The translations under genes and the position numbers were made by a program. Shown in pieces: positions 1-13,100 of a stretch of 64,000 nucleotides of DNA. The stretch spans positions 1 to 64,000 of the forward strand of contig JAUCBJ010005505.1 in assembly GCA_032718475.1 (NCBI GenBank), read 5' to 3'. Source of the stretch: Nemertoderma westbladi (lineage: Eukaryota; Animalia; Xenacoelomorpha). The notes below the pieces were generated by a model. That model did not search any database. It saw only the letters and a list, made by a program, of their open reading frames with translations, and was not told the origin of the DNA. The first letter of the stretch is position 1. Each line of letters starts with the position of its first letter.

Positions 1-2
1 TA

Positions 3-827
3 TGCCAACTAGCGCAGGGGAGTAACACCGGACGTGTGGAAGGTTTCACGAACGTTAAAGAACTTTATAAACGCATAGCAGATTGTTACGATATGCCGAT
101 GGACGATATTCTATTCTGCACGTTGAATACCCATCGTTGCGACATGAGTAAACTCCTAGGGGGTCAGATTGGCCTCGACGACTTTATATTCGCACATTGT
201 CGGGGGCAACACAAGCGGATGGACATAATGAAGGATGAACCCGCATTGGGGTTGACAATAACGGATAATGGGAACGGACTCGCATTCATTAAACGGATTC
301 GAGACGGTTCGACGGTGGATAAAGTCAAACAAATCTGTGTCGGTGACCATATAAGGGCTATAAATGATAAAAACTTAGTGGGTGCGAGGCATTTCGAAGT
401 GGCTCGTTTACTAAAAGGTTTGCCCGTTGGGCAGCGTTTTAGTTTGGAACTAGTAGAGCCGAAACGCGCGTTCGTTGAGATTGCGCCTCGGTCGAAGAGC
501 GGTAGTTCAGCCGCAGCGGAAGATAAGGTTGGATCGGGTAAGGAAACCTTGAGACTACGTTCTAGGGGTGGCGCCACTATAGAGGCGATACCCAGCGACG
601 CGATGATAAAGTGCACGAGGTGTATCGACGATAAACTCGACTCATACCTCGGGATTCGGGATATGGAACTCGCGCAGACCATCCTCGACTTCGGAAAAAA
701 CAAAGACAATCCAGATGAATTCGCCGGAGAGATGGATCAGCATCTCTCCGTTTTCTACTTCCCAGATGAATTTATATTCGATGTTTGGGGATTGATAACA
801 GACGCTAAAGCTGGTCGGTTGCAGTGA
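3..827 (+). CDS. GIPC1: GIPC-family PDZ adaptor (GH1-PDZ-GH2), 5' partial, no introns in the visible part
   Basis: Frame is open from nt 3 (CQLAQGSNTGRVEGFTNVKELY), so the start lies upstream of the window. Recognisable GIPC motifs: ILFCTLNTH, LLGGQIGLDDFIFAH, PDZ ALGLTITDNG.G.AFIKRI, ETLRLRSRG, FPDEFIFDVWG. Confidence 0.95.
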   Translation, partial: CQLAQGSNTGRVEGFTNVKELYKRIADCYDMPMDDILFCTLNTHRCDMSKLLGGQIGLDDFIFAHCRGQHKRMDIMKDEPALGLTITDNGNGLAFIKRIRDGSTVDKVKQICVGDHIRAINDKNLVGARHFEVARLLKGLPVGQRFSLELVEPKRAFVEIAPRSKSGSSAAAEDKVGSGKETLRLRSRGGATIEAIPSDAMIKCTRCIDDKLDSYLGIRDMELAQTILDFGKNKDNPDEFAGEMDQHLSVFYFPDEFIFDVWGLITDAKAGRLQ

Positions 828-2799
828 GTCATCGCAGTGCATCCACAATGTTGTGCCCCATAAGTATAGCGCTAGCCTCCTGCTACATAAATTATTGGCC
901 GCGCTATCCTTACCCAGTACCGTGCAGTGCACAGTGCGCAGTGGTACCAACAAATCAGTTCCTCCGTAAGCTGAATTAGTCAAGTCAGTGCGTGACCAGC
1001 TGGAAACTAGCTTATATTAACAGGCAATGTGGGTTGGTCATACTTTGATACATTGTTAGATTAGAAGGGGTCTTTACTTCATACTTAGCACCATTACGGT
1101 GTACACAGTCACTTCGAGACTACCTAGCTGGTACTACAGACAGGCTAGTACCTCATGCACAATCTATGCTATGCACTAGTACCAGATGCACAGCACTACC
1201 ATGCTGTTCGGTTACCACTATGTGCTATCGGGAGTTAGTTAGGGACCCACTTGCTGGCATATGACACGCACTGACTGACTATACTTGAGTACTATGAGTA
1301 CTAATTAGTACGAAAGGCCTAGATACAAAATGTAAGGCAGATGACATCCAATAATACCCCACTGTGCCTCTTTAACCCCCCCCCCCCCCCCCCCCCCGTC
1401 CCTATAGATTCGAGTAACTTAATGATGATAATTATTTTTATTAGTCCATTGTGGTATATTTTATTTTAATTGAGAATTTCGCATGATGTGAATTATTACC
1501 GATTATTTTAGTATTTTAGATACGTTAAAGTGTTTTATTTCATTCACCTACAGATTTTTCGTTGTAATTATTGACCTTTTACAGATGTTATTTATTAAAT
1601 TAAAATTTGATGTTATTAAAAATAATATATCTTTTTTTTTATATTCTTCCATTAGCCGGAGATATAGATTAATTATTATTATATATTATACTAATTATAT
1701 ACTCCAAACAATAAGATTGAAATTGGCAAATTTTCTTCAATATCTTTCATGGAATTTGTTAGTTTTCTCAGTGGTATTAAATTCGTAGTAGGTACTGTAG
1801 TACTTAATTGTGGACTGTGCGTAACTTAAAAAGTACTTTTATTAAATATGTTTATATCATAAAAATAACGACATTTTCTATCTCTAATAATATATTAAGA
1901 GGAACCACATTTTATGATAACCCGTGTAACCACCAATATTTTTTTGATAATAATAATATTGTAGATAATAAGTCTTTTTGAAAAATATTTGAGGTCATCT
2001 TGCTCGTTCCCTTGGTAACGGCAAATTATATTTTGAATTATTGTAAATTGTATGAAATTTTGCATAAAACAAAATTGTAACACCTCACATGAAATAGGTG
2101 CCACAGCCACGGTCTTATATAGCTCAAACAATACGCATGAGAATGCTCATCTACTCATGCAAAATATTGATTGAAACAATAAAATAAAGATGATCTTTGT
2201 ATAAAGTCAGGACTCCGTAACACACCAACCACTTCCTCACAAATTATATAGGTGGCACGACGTGATGTGATGCGGCATTGCATATAGTAAGTTAATTGTA
2301 GGTTATCGCATAACACACATTGCACGGCATAGCGTAGCATATGTTGAAAATATATATGACATTGTATGCGAGATATTACGGCATAACATGATTGAATGGT
2401 AACAGCCTGATCATGTGGTCGATTACATATGGTCGAACAATAAGGAGAGGCATATCTTAGGATTAATATTGTCTTGGCAAGGCATGGAGGTAGAGGCAGT
2501 TTATTTGGCGTGGTAGTTAGGCCAAAGTCGTCGAGTACTCCGTGGAACTGTGTAATTATTTAACTGCCCGCTACCATTTAAGGATGTAACGCAAAGAGAT
2601 GCGCCTTGGCTAGTCACCATTGGATTGCATACGTGGTGAAAAATTTAAATTATTGAAAAAACGATCCTAATTACACAACAACCCAATAAATACTACGTGG
2701 TGGAACCATTGCGCAGCGCGTGGCACGCAATCCTACTGCGCGATATGTATACTGTATTTAGTCGCGCACGTGTTGCACGAAAACTCTACACAATATCTA

Positions 2800-3770
2800 C
2801 AAGCAGAGCAAACATTCGGCTGGAGACGACCCAAAGCTCCTCTTTCGATAGCTGCTACCCGAAGGTAGGGGTGGGCGCTACTCCTATCTGTTACACGAAG
2901 GTAGGGGTGGGCGCTACTCCTATCTGCTACCCTAAGGTAGGGGTGGGCGCTACTCCTATCTGCTACCCTAAGGTAGGGGTGGGCGCTACTCCTATCTGCT
3001 ACCCGAAGGTAGGTGTGGGCGCTACTCCTATCTGCTACCCGAAGGTAGGGGTGGGCGCTACTCCTATCTGCTACCCGAAGGTAGGGGTGGGCGCTACTCC
3101 TATCTGTTACACGAAGGTAGGGGTGGGTGCTACTCCTATCTGTTACCCTAAGGTAGGGGTGGGCGCTACTCCTATCTGCTACCCGAATGTAGGGGTGGGC
3201 GCTACTCCTATCTGTTACACGAAGGTAGGGGTGGGTGCTACTCCTATCTGCTACCCGAAGGTAGGGGTGGGCGCTACTCCTATCTGCTACCCGAAGGTAG
3301 GGGTGGGCGCTACTCCTATCTGCTACCCGAATGTAGGGGTGGGCGCTACTCCTATCTGTTACACGAAGGTAGGGGTGGGTGCTACTCCTATCTGCTACCC
3401 GAAGGTAGGGGTGGGCGCTACTCCTATCTGTTACACGAAGGTAGGGGTGGGCGCTACTCCTATCTGCTACCCTAAAAGGTAGGGGTGGGCGCTACTCCTA
3501 TCTGCTACCCGAAGGTAGGCGTAGGGGTGGGCGCTACTCCTATCTGCTACCCGAAGGTAGGCGTAGGGGTGGGCGCTACTCCTATCTGCTACCCGAAGGT
3601 AGGGGTGGGAGCTACCCTCTACTCCTATACATCGTTTTGCTCCCAGTAATTCAACTGGTTCTCATTTTATCGACCCCGCGGGATGAAAGGCTGAATGGAT
3701 CCTGGCGGGGCTCGAACCTACAACCAATAGATAGCAGGCCCGGCGCTCAATCATCTGAGATACCCCGCCT
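2800..3770 (-). mobile_element. tRNA-derived SINE with MetaSINE-like central domain, interrupted by an internal minisatellite expansion
   Basis: Minus strand reads a tRNA-like head with B box GGTTCGAGCCC (3770-3700), then CAGCCTTTCATCCCGCGGGGTCGATAAAATGAGAACCAG, which resembles the conserved MetaSINE domain as I recall it. The body then runs into the 36-bp array. Ends approximate. Confidence 0.6.
2853..3628. repeat. 36-bp minisatellite, about 21 copies
   Basis: Unit TGCTACCCGAAGGTAGGGGTGGGCGCTACTCCTATC; explains the CYPKVGVGATPI pseudo-ORF. Confidence 0.97.
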
Positions 3771-4249
3771 TCATAGATCATCGCCTCGCGACTAGGATAC
3801 ATCGCGGCCCGAACCAGCAACCCATCACCTGTACGGTTTGCGATCAGTTATGCAACTCCCCAAATACATCTGTATTGCCAAGACTGATGTCATTCAGGAA
3901 TCTCGATGTCTGACCACAACCTTTCCTCTCGCCTACTTGCTGCCATAAAACAAGATCATGCTAGACATGCTGATCGTTTCTAAGTTGGCAGTACCAGGGT
4001 GGAAAGTTCTCTGAAAAATTCTCGTCTGCTACAGAGATTGTACAATGCCTAGTTTGTTATCTGAGCATTGTATTACCGGTATATGTCATGAGCCCATCGC
4101 TGCTTCTTGGTATACATACCGTCTTCTACAGTTAGTGCCCAACATGGACGGCCGTATAGCAGCACAGGTTCTAGGCTCTATCGATGCCCAGAATAAACAT
4201 ACATTCAGAGAAGGTTTGATTCCAGGTGATTTCCATACTACTACCCCTA

Positions 4250-4835
4250 TCGGCATTCTGCATTACAGCTGCATTATATATATATTACATATATATTACG
4301 AATGATGTGCCGGCTTGTCGACAAAATTGCACCGCCACAACTCCCTATCACCCATGACATTTGCTAGATCATCCGTATCTTTAAGGCCAGTGTCCTTTAA
4401 GATGCGTCTCAAGAAAGTCATGGGCTGTCCACCATGCTTATTCACTCCATGAAGCTACCAAAGCACAAGATTATGCACTGGATGGTCCTCACGGCGAAAG
4501 CAATGTCTTGCAAAGCGGAGGCGGCTTTGTTCTATTGTCAAGCTTGGGGGAACAAATGAGACACCTCCAATGTTATATAGTGTCTGGTTGGAGATGTGTG
4601 CATTGTACTTGATACTTGACACAATGAACCCGGCGTAGCATTCTTGTGAATGTGCCATCCAGAGATTTGGTGTCCTCAGCAGGTGAGCCCAGCATGGACT
4701 CCCATAGTGGAGTACTGGAACTACTGCTGCTCTAAATAATCTAGATTTCCATACGCTCGAGTTTGCTAGTTCATTTATGCAGACTATAACTTGCTTGGCC
4801 TTTCGTATTCTGAGGTCTTCAGCAGATCTCTGAAT
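4250..4835 (-). mobile_element. RTE-clade LINE 3' fragment (family B)
   Basis: RLRFARHCFRREDHPVHNLVLW motif; closely similar to 17050-17670. Confidence 0.85.
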
Positions 4836-5620
4836 CTTTCATAATTAGCGATTTTTTTGTGGGGAAACCAAGATCACAGTCGGGACTTTAGTCTTTGAAA
4901 CTTTTAGCAAATAGACCAAAAAACATCGGATGCTACATGTTTTAGACTGCTGAGTAGTCTTTGAGCACCAATTAATGTTTCTGAAATTAAACCCAGATTA
5001 CCAGCAAAGTCGAGTTCCATTAACTGTATTGGTGGTTTTTTTCCACTTCGATTACCACTGGCTGGATGTATATAATATTTTATGGTGGTTGAGAGAAAGG
5101 TGTCACCTTGAAAGGCACCCCATGAAACTTCAAGAGAGTCTGTGGTGAACGGTCACCCCCCCCCCCCCCCCCCCCCCCGGTCACTCCCCTCCACCCCCAG
5201 TTACTTACCCTCCCGGTCACTGCCCCCCCCCCCCCCCCCCCCATAAACCTACAACTGCAAAGTAGGTTAATTCTCAAACAAAGTAAACCACACCCGCTGT
5301 TGATTGACAAGCAAATAAGGCGCCTTGGGCCGTGAGTATGTGTTTTGAAATGTCACTCACATACGCTCGAGTTTGCTAGTTCATTTATGCAGACTATAAC
5401 TTGCTTGGCCTTTCGTATTCTGAGGTCTTCAGCAGATCTCTGAATCTTTCATAATTAGCGATTTTTTTGTGGGGAAACCAAGATCACAGTCGGGAATTTA
5501 GTCTTTGAAACATTTTGCAAATAGACCAAAAAACATCGGATGCTACATGTTTTAGACTGCTGAGTAGTCTTTGAGCACCAATTAATGTTTCTGAAATTAA
5601 ACCCAGATCACCAGCAAAGT
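4750..5620. repeat. About 260-bp direct duplication (4750-5010 and 5360-5620)
   Basis: CATACGCTCGAGTTTGCTAG...CCAGCAAAGT occurs twice with few mismatches. Confidence 0.9.
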
Positions 5621-5769
5621 ATGTGTTTTGAAATGTCACTCATTCATATCTCTCATATAAAAGACCTGTATTATTTATTGCATTCATTCTGTTTCTTATT
5701 CATTGTAGCAATTTGTTTTAAGTGTAATTTATCTTATTCGATGATGACTGAAATATTGGAGGACTGACA

Positions 5770-6345
5770 ACTTCTAAGGTTTATACGTATGGGAAGGATA
5801 CCGCTTCATTTTACAGAAACGTCTGGCTGATGGTTCCGAGCGATACCAATGGCTGACGGTTCCGTTTCCGAGCGATATCAGTGTCAGGATGTACATCAAA
5901 CAAAGTGCAAATCTGCCACCAAAGTATTTGACGGTCTTCTTTATTCGTGAGCAAAGTGGAGAAAATACGGACGTGGTGCTCGCTCCAGACAAGGGTCGCA
6001 TAGAGGCTATCCGACTGATAGCAAGCTATGCCATGAGGCTGCTCAAGCTCAATTCGACACCAGTACCCTTATAAGATCGTTGCTTCTGCTGTTGAAGGAT
6101 AACAGAGGGAGGCCGTTCTAACCTGGCACCTTTACCGATGCGCTTTCCCGTAAAGTTCGCCGATGAGGCAACGCTCGGGTTATACCTTTTCCCTTCCGCA
6201 ATCAGCTGATTCCATTAGTATTCCTGACAAGTACAGAGTTACATCCGATGGAAGCCTATTTCTGATCCATCTTACCGATCAAATGCTGATATTTGCTTCT
6301 GATTGCGGCCTTGATCTTTTTGAGACAAATCCTCACTGGCTCGTC
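5770..6345 (+). pseudogene. Degenerate MULE (Mutator-like) transposase
   Basis: FLYWCH-like GLYVWEGYRFILQKRLADGSERYQW near 5778. IPDKYRVTSDGSLFL...MLIFASDCGLDLFETNPHW resembles the segment just before the W..DGTF catalytic motif. Frame broken. GGTCAC/GTGACC-rich inverted segments at about 5150-5225 and 6410-6443. Confidence 0.7.
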
Positions 6346-7082
6346 GTATTGTATAATAATGTTATAACATTAAAGTACAGTATAACATTGGGGGGGGGGG
6401 GGGGGGGGGGGGGGTCTGACCGGGGAGTGAGTGACCGGGATCCCAGTCTGTATATTCATATATTATAGAGACCTTACAGAGACATGTAGAACAATACATT
6501 GCATTATCGGTGAGATATTTTAGTTTTAGTGGCTTCCCTTTCCACTAACCCTATTTGTACTGTATGTCCGAGTAACTGCTTAATAATTAAGTAAAAGTGT
6601 ACCGAATGGTGCTTAATTTAAATTTTGGAATAATGTAATTGGTTATTGATTTTGTTTGTTATTTTTATTTGTGATAATCTTGTGTTGTAGGTCTAGTTAG
6701 ACGTACTAAATTACTGTATATTTATACTTTTCTGGACAGTTATGACTGGTTAAATAAATACAGCATATTCTGTCCTGACATATCATTGGATAGCATTGTA
6801 TAATAAGCTGTATGGCACTTGCCGCACATCACAGCAAGACGGTGGTAATTGCATGGCATGGTTCAATATAGCTTGCTGACGTTTCTAGAATTATGCGGCA
6901 CTAACCAATATAATGGCTTCTACGTGAGTTACATAATACTAAATAAGAACTAAATTTAACAACATTAAATAAATTATTAATTGAAACAATTCAACAATGA
7001 ATTAAAGATTAAGTAATAATAAGTAAGTGTAAATTTAACAAACATGTATATACATATACTAGTTATTACTGGTTTCACTTAC

Positions 7083-7124
7083 CTTAACTAGATTCAATGA
7101 TTTCATTACAGCATCACGGACCAA
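7083..7124 (-). CDS. ERC1: ERC exon (LVRDAVMKSLNLVK)
   Basis: ttttttatag acceptor, AAG/gtaagt donor, 42 nt, phase 0-0. Confidence 0.7.
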
Positions 7125-10100
7125 CTATAAAAAATACAAAGTATAAAAAGTCACTTTACACATAAGATAATAAAATGACGACTTTACATCACTATTATAT
7201 GTTGGGAATGGCTATTACATAGCCGTTACAGACGGGTGTTTGAACAACTGGTAAGATTATAATTACAAGTATCACTGTGTCGATATGTTCAAGAGGTTCC
7301 ATATGGTACTTACCTCTTTCTCAACAAGATCCGTGTGTAATTTATCGAGTTTCCCTGTTAATTCTTTATTACAACTATTTAACTCGCTTATCTGAGAAAT
7401 ACTTCGGTCGCGCTCTTCTATTAACTCTGTAATCTCTATTTCCTACATAATTGGAATATAAAACCATTTTATCATCTGGTAATCTTTGAGCTTAATCTGA
7501 GTTTAATCATGTACAGACAGTACTGGTAGTATTGAATGAATATCATAGGCCAGTTAACTTGAATATAATGGGGAGCGTGATATCGAGGCGCCACCAACTT
7601 TTAAAATGAATCTGGGAACAATTTTTTTCAAATGAATGAAAATTAATTGTAAAAAATATTGTTTAGTTTTTTCACGTGTTTTTTTTTGGCATGTGTAATA
7701 TTTCGAAATGTGTTTTGTATTTATATTTCATTTCATTTCATTGTTTTAATCAAATTAAATTGACGTAAAATTGCACAAGAACATATCATAAAAGTGCACA
7801 AGATTGACACATATTAAAATCGGTATAAGACATTCTGAGATACTTATTACATATATTTTTGTCATATTTATTATATTTTATTTGTTGAAGTTTACGTTAA
7901 TGTTTAAAATGGGCCTATAATACCAACTAAAACGACAGGCCTACTGTTTCATATTATTTATTTCTTCTGCATCAACTCAACTCTGAATTACTTCTTTGGT
8001 ATTAGTATTTTGATTAACAAACAACATAAGCCAATGCGACATGTTTATTAATTATCAAATTAATTCATCACCTTTTCCGCCAAACTTTGCATAGATGGAA
8101 ACTCTGAAGTCTGATTTCGCTGCTCGTAGAATAAAATTTGTTTCTCCAGTTCTGAAAGAAAATAATTAAACAATGGACTTTGGGCATTAAATTAAATCTG
8201 TCATTACTTTATGTTACAATAGTAAGGAACTTACTTACTAATAGTAAGGCCTTTACTTAAATGTTACAATATAACATTACAACTACTACTGTAGATCGAA
8301 CGAACTCGGACAGTGGAAATGAGATCCTTCCAGGCTTCCCGATTCTCCATAGTTGTCGCAATTTCGTTTCTCTCAAGTTCAGTATCTATATATGTATGCC
8401 ATAACCGGTCATCCACGGCTACTTTTTCCTCTTTTTTGTTGGTTGCCAGAAAAGTAGATCTGGTATGATCTCAAGTGTACTTCTCCAGCAGTGTCCACTG
8501 AATCGTAGTCTGCGTTCACGTGAAGTAGTTGATTGTTTTAGTGTTTGTGTAACAACAATCAATTGTTTTTTTCAAGTTATTTCGTCACTGTCCAGGTTTC
8601 ACCCCCGTATAAAAATACACTTTCCACTGTGGCTCGAAAGAACTTAGTCTTCAGGTGCCTGGAGAGATCTGATTTCCAGATGGTATCCATTTTTGATAGA
8701 GCTACCCAAGACTTTGCGTTCCTAACTTCTACGACTTTTTTGATACTCCCTATCCATGATCCAACGTACTGGAAGTCGTCAACCTTCCATAGTTGATTAT
8801 TATCAATTGTTGTCAAGTTTCCATTAACATTAAAAGTCATTAATTCGCTCTTAAAAGTCTTGGATTTATATGGAAATGCAATCCAAACTCCTTAGCAGCC
8901 CTCTCCACGTGTTCAGTAGAACTTGTCCTGTAGAATTGTATATTAATTAACAGATAAATTATATAGAAGTGATATAGACAAGTGGCTGTGCCCTACTTAT
9001 GATTTTACCAGTGGCGATGCAAAACTGGTGAATGGCAACGGCTAGTTACTGACAGAGATGTCGGCTAGCAAGTGTACAGCAGTACTACGCAGTAGCACGC
9101 TAACCAGGAATAAAAGTAAACATCCCCTATTGTGAGGAATAAAATCCAATGTTTTGACGGTAAATTCACAATGTTTAGTTTATTCTTAGTCCGTTAGGCC
9201 AGGGATTACGCAGAAAGTCGGAAGACTTATTTCCAGTGCGCAACGAAAACTACCCAGGCTCCCATGCGGGGATTGAACCCACGACCTTCGAGAGATGTTA
9301 ATTCAATGCAAAGGATTTAACCACTACGTCAAGGTAGGGCGGAGGACTCCAATAAGCTGAATTCCTTGTTTTCCTGGATCTAAAAGTAAATCCCGTGTAT
9401 TTGTAGGAAAAAATAGACTCTTTATTCCACAAACTTCGAGTATTAAATCTGTCAAAAATTTAATTTTTTGAATAAAAATACTAATTGTTAATTTTTATGT
9501 AATTATAAATAATTTATTAATATGTATTTATTTGATTTAAGTAACTTTTTTCGTCAAATTCGTTAACAAGTTTGACAGAAATGAACTTTTTTTGTCAACA
9601 ACAAAAGTAATGTTCAAATTAAATTTCAAAGTAATTTCCACGACATTAATAATAATATTGAATTTAAATAGATAGTGCTGATAATTCTAGAATATTATTA
9701 TATAATAATAGGGCCTATATTACCAAGTTTGCTGTTTCGCTTTATAAAACGGTATTTCACTATGGAAGAAACTTCGATGGACAATATTTATGCTGAAATA
9801 CAGAGGACCTGATAAAAGTGAGAACAGTTACTGTACAACAAATAAACCGATGTAAGTGGTGGCAGAAAGTAACATTTTTTGCCACGACTTAAATAGTTGA
9901 TTACTTTACCAGTAATTCTGCCATCTCGCAATTCAATAACATCCCGTAATTCCTTCAGTTGTCTGTTCTTCTCCATAGGAGTTGTAGGAAGCAATGTGGT
10001 CCTTTCTAACAAATTATTTTCCAACATTAAATTCCTCTCAGAAAGTTTTAATCGCAAATGTGCAATCTAAAAAAAAAATAATAATGAAATAAAAAATACC

Positions 10101-13100
10101 AAAAAAGGTATAGCAAAAAAAAGTTAGGTTTTCGAGTCAATGTTCAACTCTTATCAAATAAACATTTTGAATTAGAAATGAAGTTAACTGTGCTATTAAC
10201 ATGTTAACAATACTATGAGACACATTTGTTACAAAATGAAAAAAATAAGTAGAAGATAATCCTATCCTATGACAGTGAGCAGTTTTAAAATGTGCCTTGA
10301 CACTTCCAGCACAAGCTGTGCAGTGGCTGATCTTATTCTATCGCAGCCGACTGTTGAAAGTGTTGATGTAGTAGTTCCGAATTACCAATGCATCCTAATG
10401 GTGTGACATTCATTATACTCTCAATGACTGTCCCCCCCCCCCAGCCCCCCCCCCCCCCCTAATCTAATTAACATTAAATTTATTACAAATTTAATGTAAA
10501 CCACATGGAATCTTCCCTGGGGTTTATTATACTCACGTCGTCTTGCAGACTGGAGACCTGGTTCTCCTTTGCTGCTAAGGTGGCCTTGACAACGTCCAAC
10601 ATGTGCTGTTGGTTGATGTGTTGCTTGGTAACCATATCCAACTGGCTGGAAAAGGCAACTAACTCGGAGTCTTTCCTCGATAAATCGAGTTTCACTCGGT
10701 CGATTTTCGTCTTCAGAAACTGCGCGTGACTTTTGTACAACTGAAACCGAAGTAACTGTATTATATTATTTATTTCCTTTTAATTAATATGCCTCAAGAT
10801 AACACAGTTTACTGCTCCCACACTATTAGCCCACAACCCTCAACCCCACCAGTTTATGAAATTAAATTATAATAACCATGGTCTACCTTTTACGAAAAGG
10901 TTGCCCCAGTAGAGGGAATGGCAACTTTCTGCCATAATCAACAAGCAGCTACTGATGAGGGGGATCGGTACCGGTATGCATTCAAATTTTCTTGGAAGGC
11001 TTTAATGACAATCTTCACCGCTCCTTAACATCGTCATGGCTCAACAACGTGAGTGGCAACCGAAATTCTGTCCGTTTTATAATTTCATCTTTGGAAATTG
11101 ATTGATTTTGGCTTCTCGGTTCTAGAAACGAACTGGAAAGCTGTGAACACATTCTGGACCCAGTTGTCACAAGTCCCAGATAGACCATATTCTGTTCCTA
11201 ATAACCATGTTATCTGTTAGATCATGCGCATCTTCAAGGCCAGTGTCCTTTAAGATGCGTCTCAAGAAAGTCATGGGCTGTCCACCCTGCTTATTCTCTC
11301 CATGAGGCCGCCAAAGCACAAGATTGTGCACTGGTTGGTCCTCACGGCGAAAACAATGTCTTACAAAGCGGAGACTAATGAGACACCTCAAATACTGTAT
11401 AGGATCTGATTGGTGATGTATTCATTATGTATGCCATTCACAGAACCTAAAAAAATATTTCGAACCACTTGGAAGTACGGAAGTACTGCAGTATTTATTG
11501 TTACCAAATGAATAATATATTTTTCATCTAAACTAAACTACCATAGCTCATTAGTGCGCTGTTAACATATGTGCCCATCCCAGCCCATGTGGCATAAATT
11601 GAAGGGTATTTGAGTACATCGACAAAAAATGTGGTGTCGTTAAACTTGTCATACCAGGGAATGGGGGAAGACATGCAAGCAATTGGCATCATTTCGTTTG
11701 AAAATGGAAAGTGGAAGTTAAATAAGAGAACTACTGTTAGTATAATTCCGAATGTAACTATAAACGGTGATCGAAAGCCCCACCCATCGTTAGTTCAACA
11801 ATTTATTATATTCGAATAATTTAGGAAATTATGTGAGTGAGTCAAACAAAAATAAATTGTATAACTTTATAAACATAGTTTTAGGTAGCTTAGGTTTTGG
11901 TTTAGATATAATTATACTAGTTGGAGTATATTCAATGGGATTAGATAGCATTAGATCTAGTCATGATAGTTTTAGGTAGCATGTAAAGGCCGCATTACGT
12001 AACATAATTTGGTCGAAGGCAGAATATTTATTCGCACAAATTTCGGGTAGTTATATTTCAATCCATTACTAAATTTATTTTAGGAAATATTTATTACATG
12101 AGTGAGATATTCCAGTGTAAGTCATGTTGTAAAATATAGCATTACATGAATATACCAAAAAATAAATTCCATACAATAAAAAAAATGTATGTTTATTAAT
12201 TTCAAGAAGATAAAACTGTAGTTTTACTCTATTCTTTTTTTAAACCCTTGATTTTATATCCAAATTCAAGTGATGAAAGCTAACTGGAGGTTTATCGAGG
12301 CACTGCACACAGAAAGATGATAACGTTCTTGTATAAGTCAACAGCGAAACAACAATGATAATACCAGAAATACACATAAATAGTTCAACGGGTAACAACA
12401 GCAACTCTAGCCGGACGGAAGATCTTCTGGAATCAGACAGCGACTTAGACGTTTTGTTCTACATTGTGGTGGTTATTTTGTTCTACCTTGGAGGTCTTTC
12501 TATTCTAACTGTTATTTGTTTTAAAGAAGATGCCGAAATAGATAAGGGGTTTGTTAATTATTACGATGCTCAATTGAGAGATAAGGGAGAGTTATCGGGA
12601 CTAAATAACATAACAATTACAGAATAATGTTTATAATGGCTTCTTAATTAATTTTGTTAAGCAGTAGTTGATGTGTAATATAGAATTTAGAAACGAAATA
12701 ATTCACAATTGTTCACTTACTCGGTTATTTTTTACAATATTCAAATTGGGAATGATTGTTTTGTAGTTGTAACCATGGCAATTAATGTGTGCATGCATTA
12801 ATATTAATATAAAAATAATTGGCGATAAACATAGAGTAAAATAATGATCCAATTTTATATTTTTATCAATAAGTTCACACCTATACGTTATTAACAAATG
12901 TAAGTCCCTACAGTATGTATCATTTTGTAAATGTATAATATTTATGTATCATATTGTAAAATTTGGTAGGAACTATTATTACATAAAGTAAAAAATATTT
13001 TACATATTATTTCCATAAAATCAATATGATATAACAGTAAAATCATCAACAGCAAACAGTTATATTGAATTAAAAGATAATAAAATAATGAATCGAGATA

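Noticed and set aside
1376-1397. Long C/G homopolymers (also near 5155, 6389, 10432, 22375, 24278, 51845)
   Set aside because: Scattered simple repeats of uncertain length; no specific function supportable.
2697-3482. 261-aa ORF of CYPKVGVGATPI repeats
   Set aside because: Artefact of a 36-bp minisatellite; no ATG start and the frame breaks within the array.
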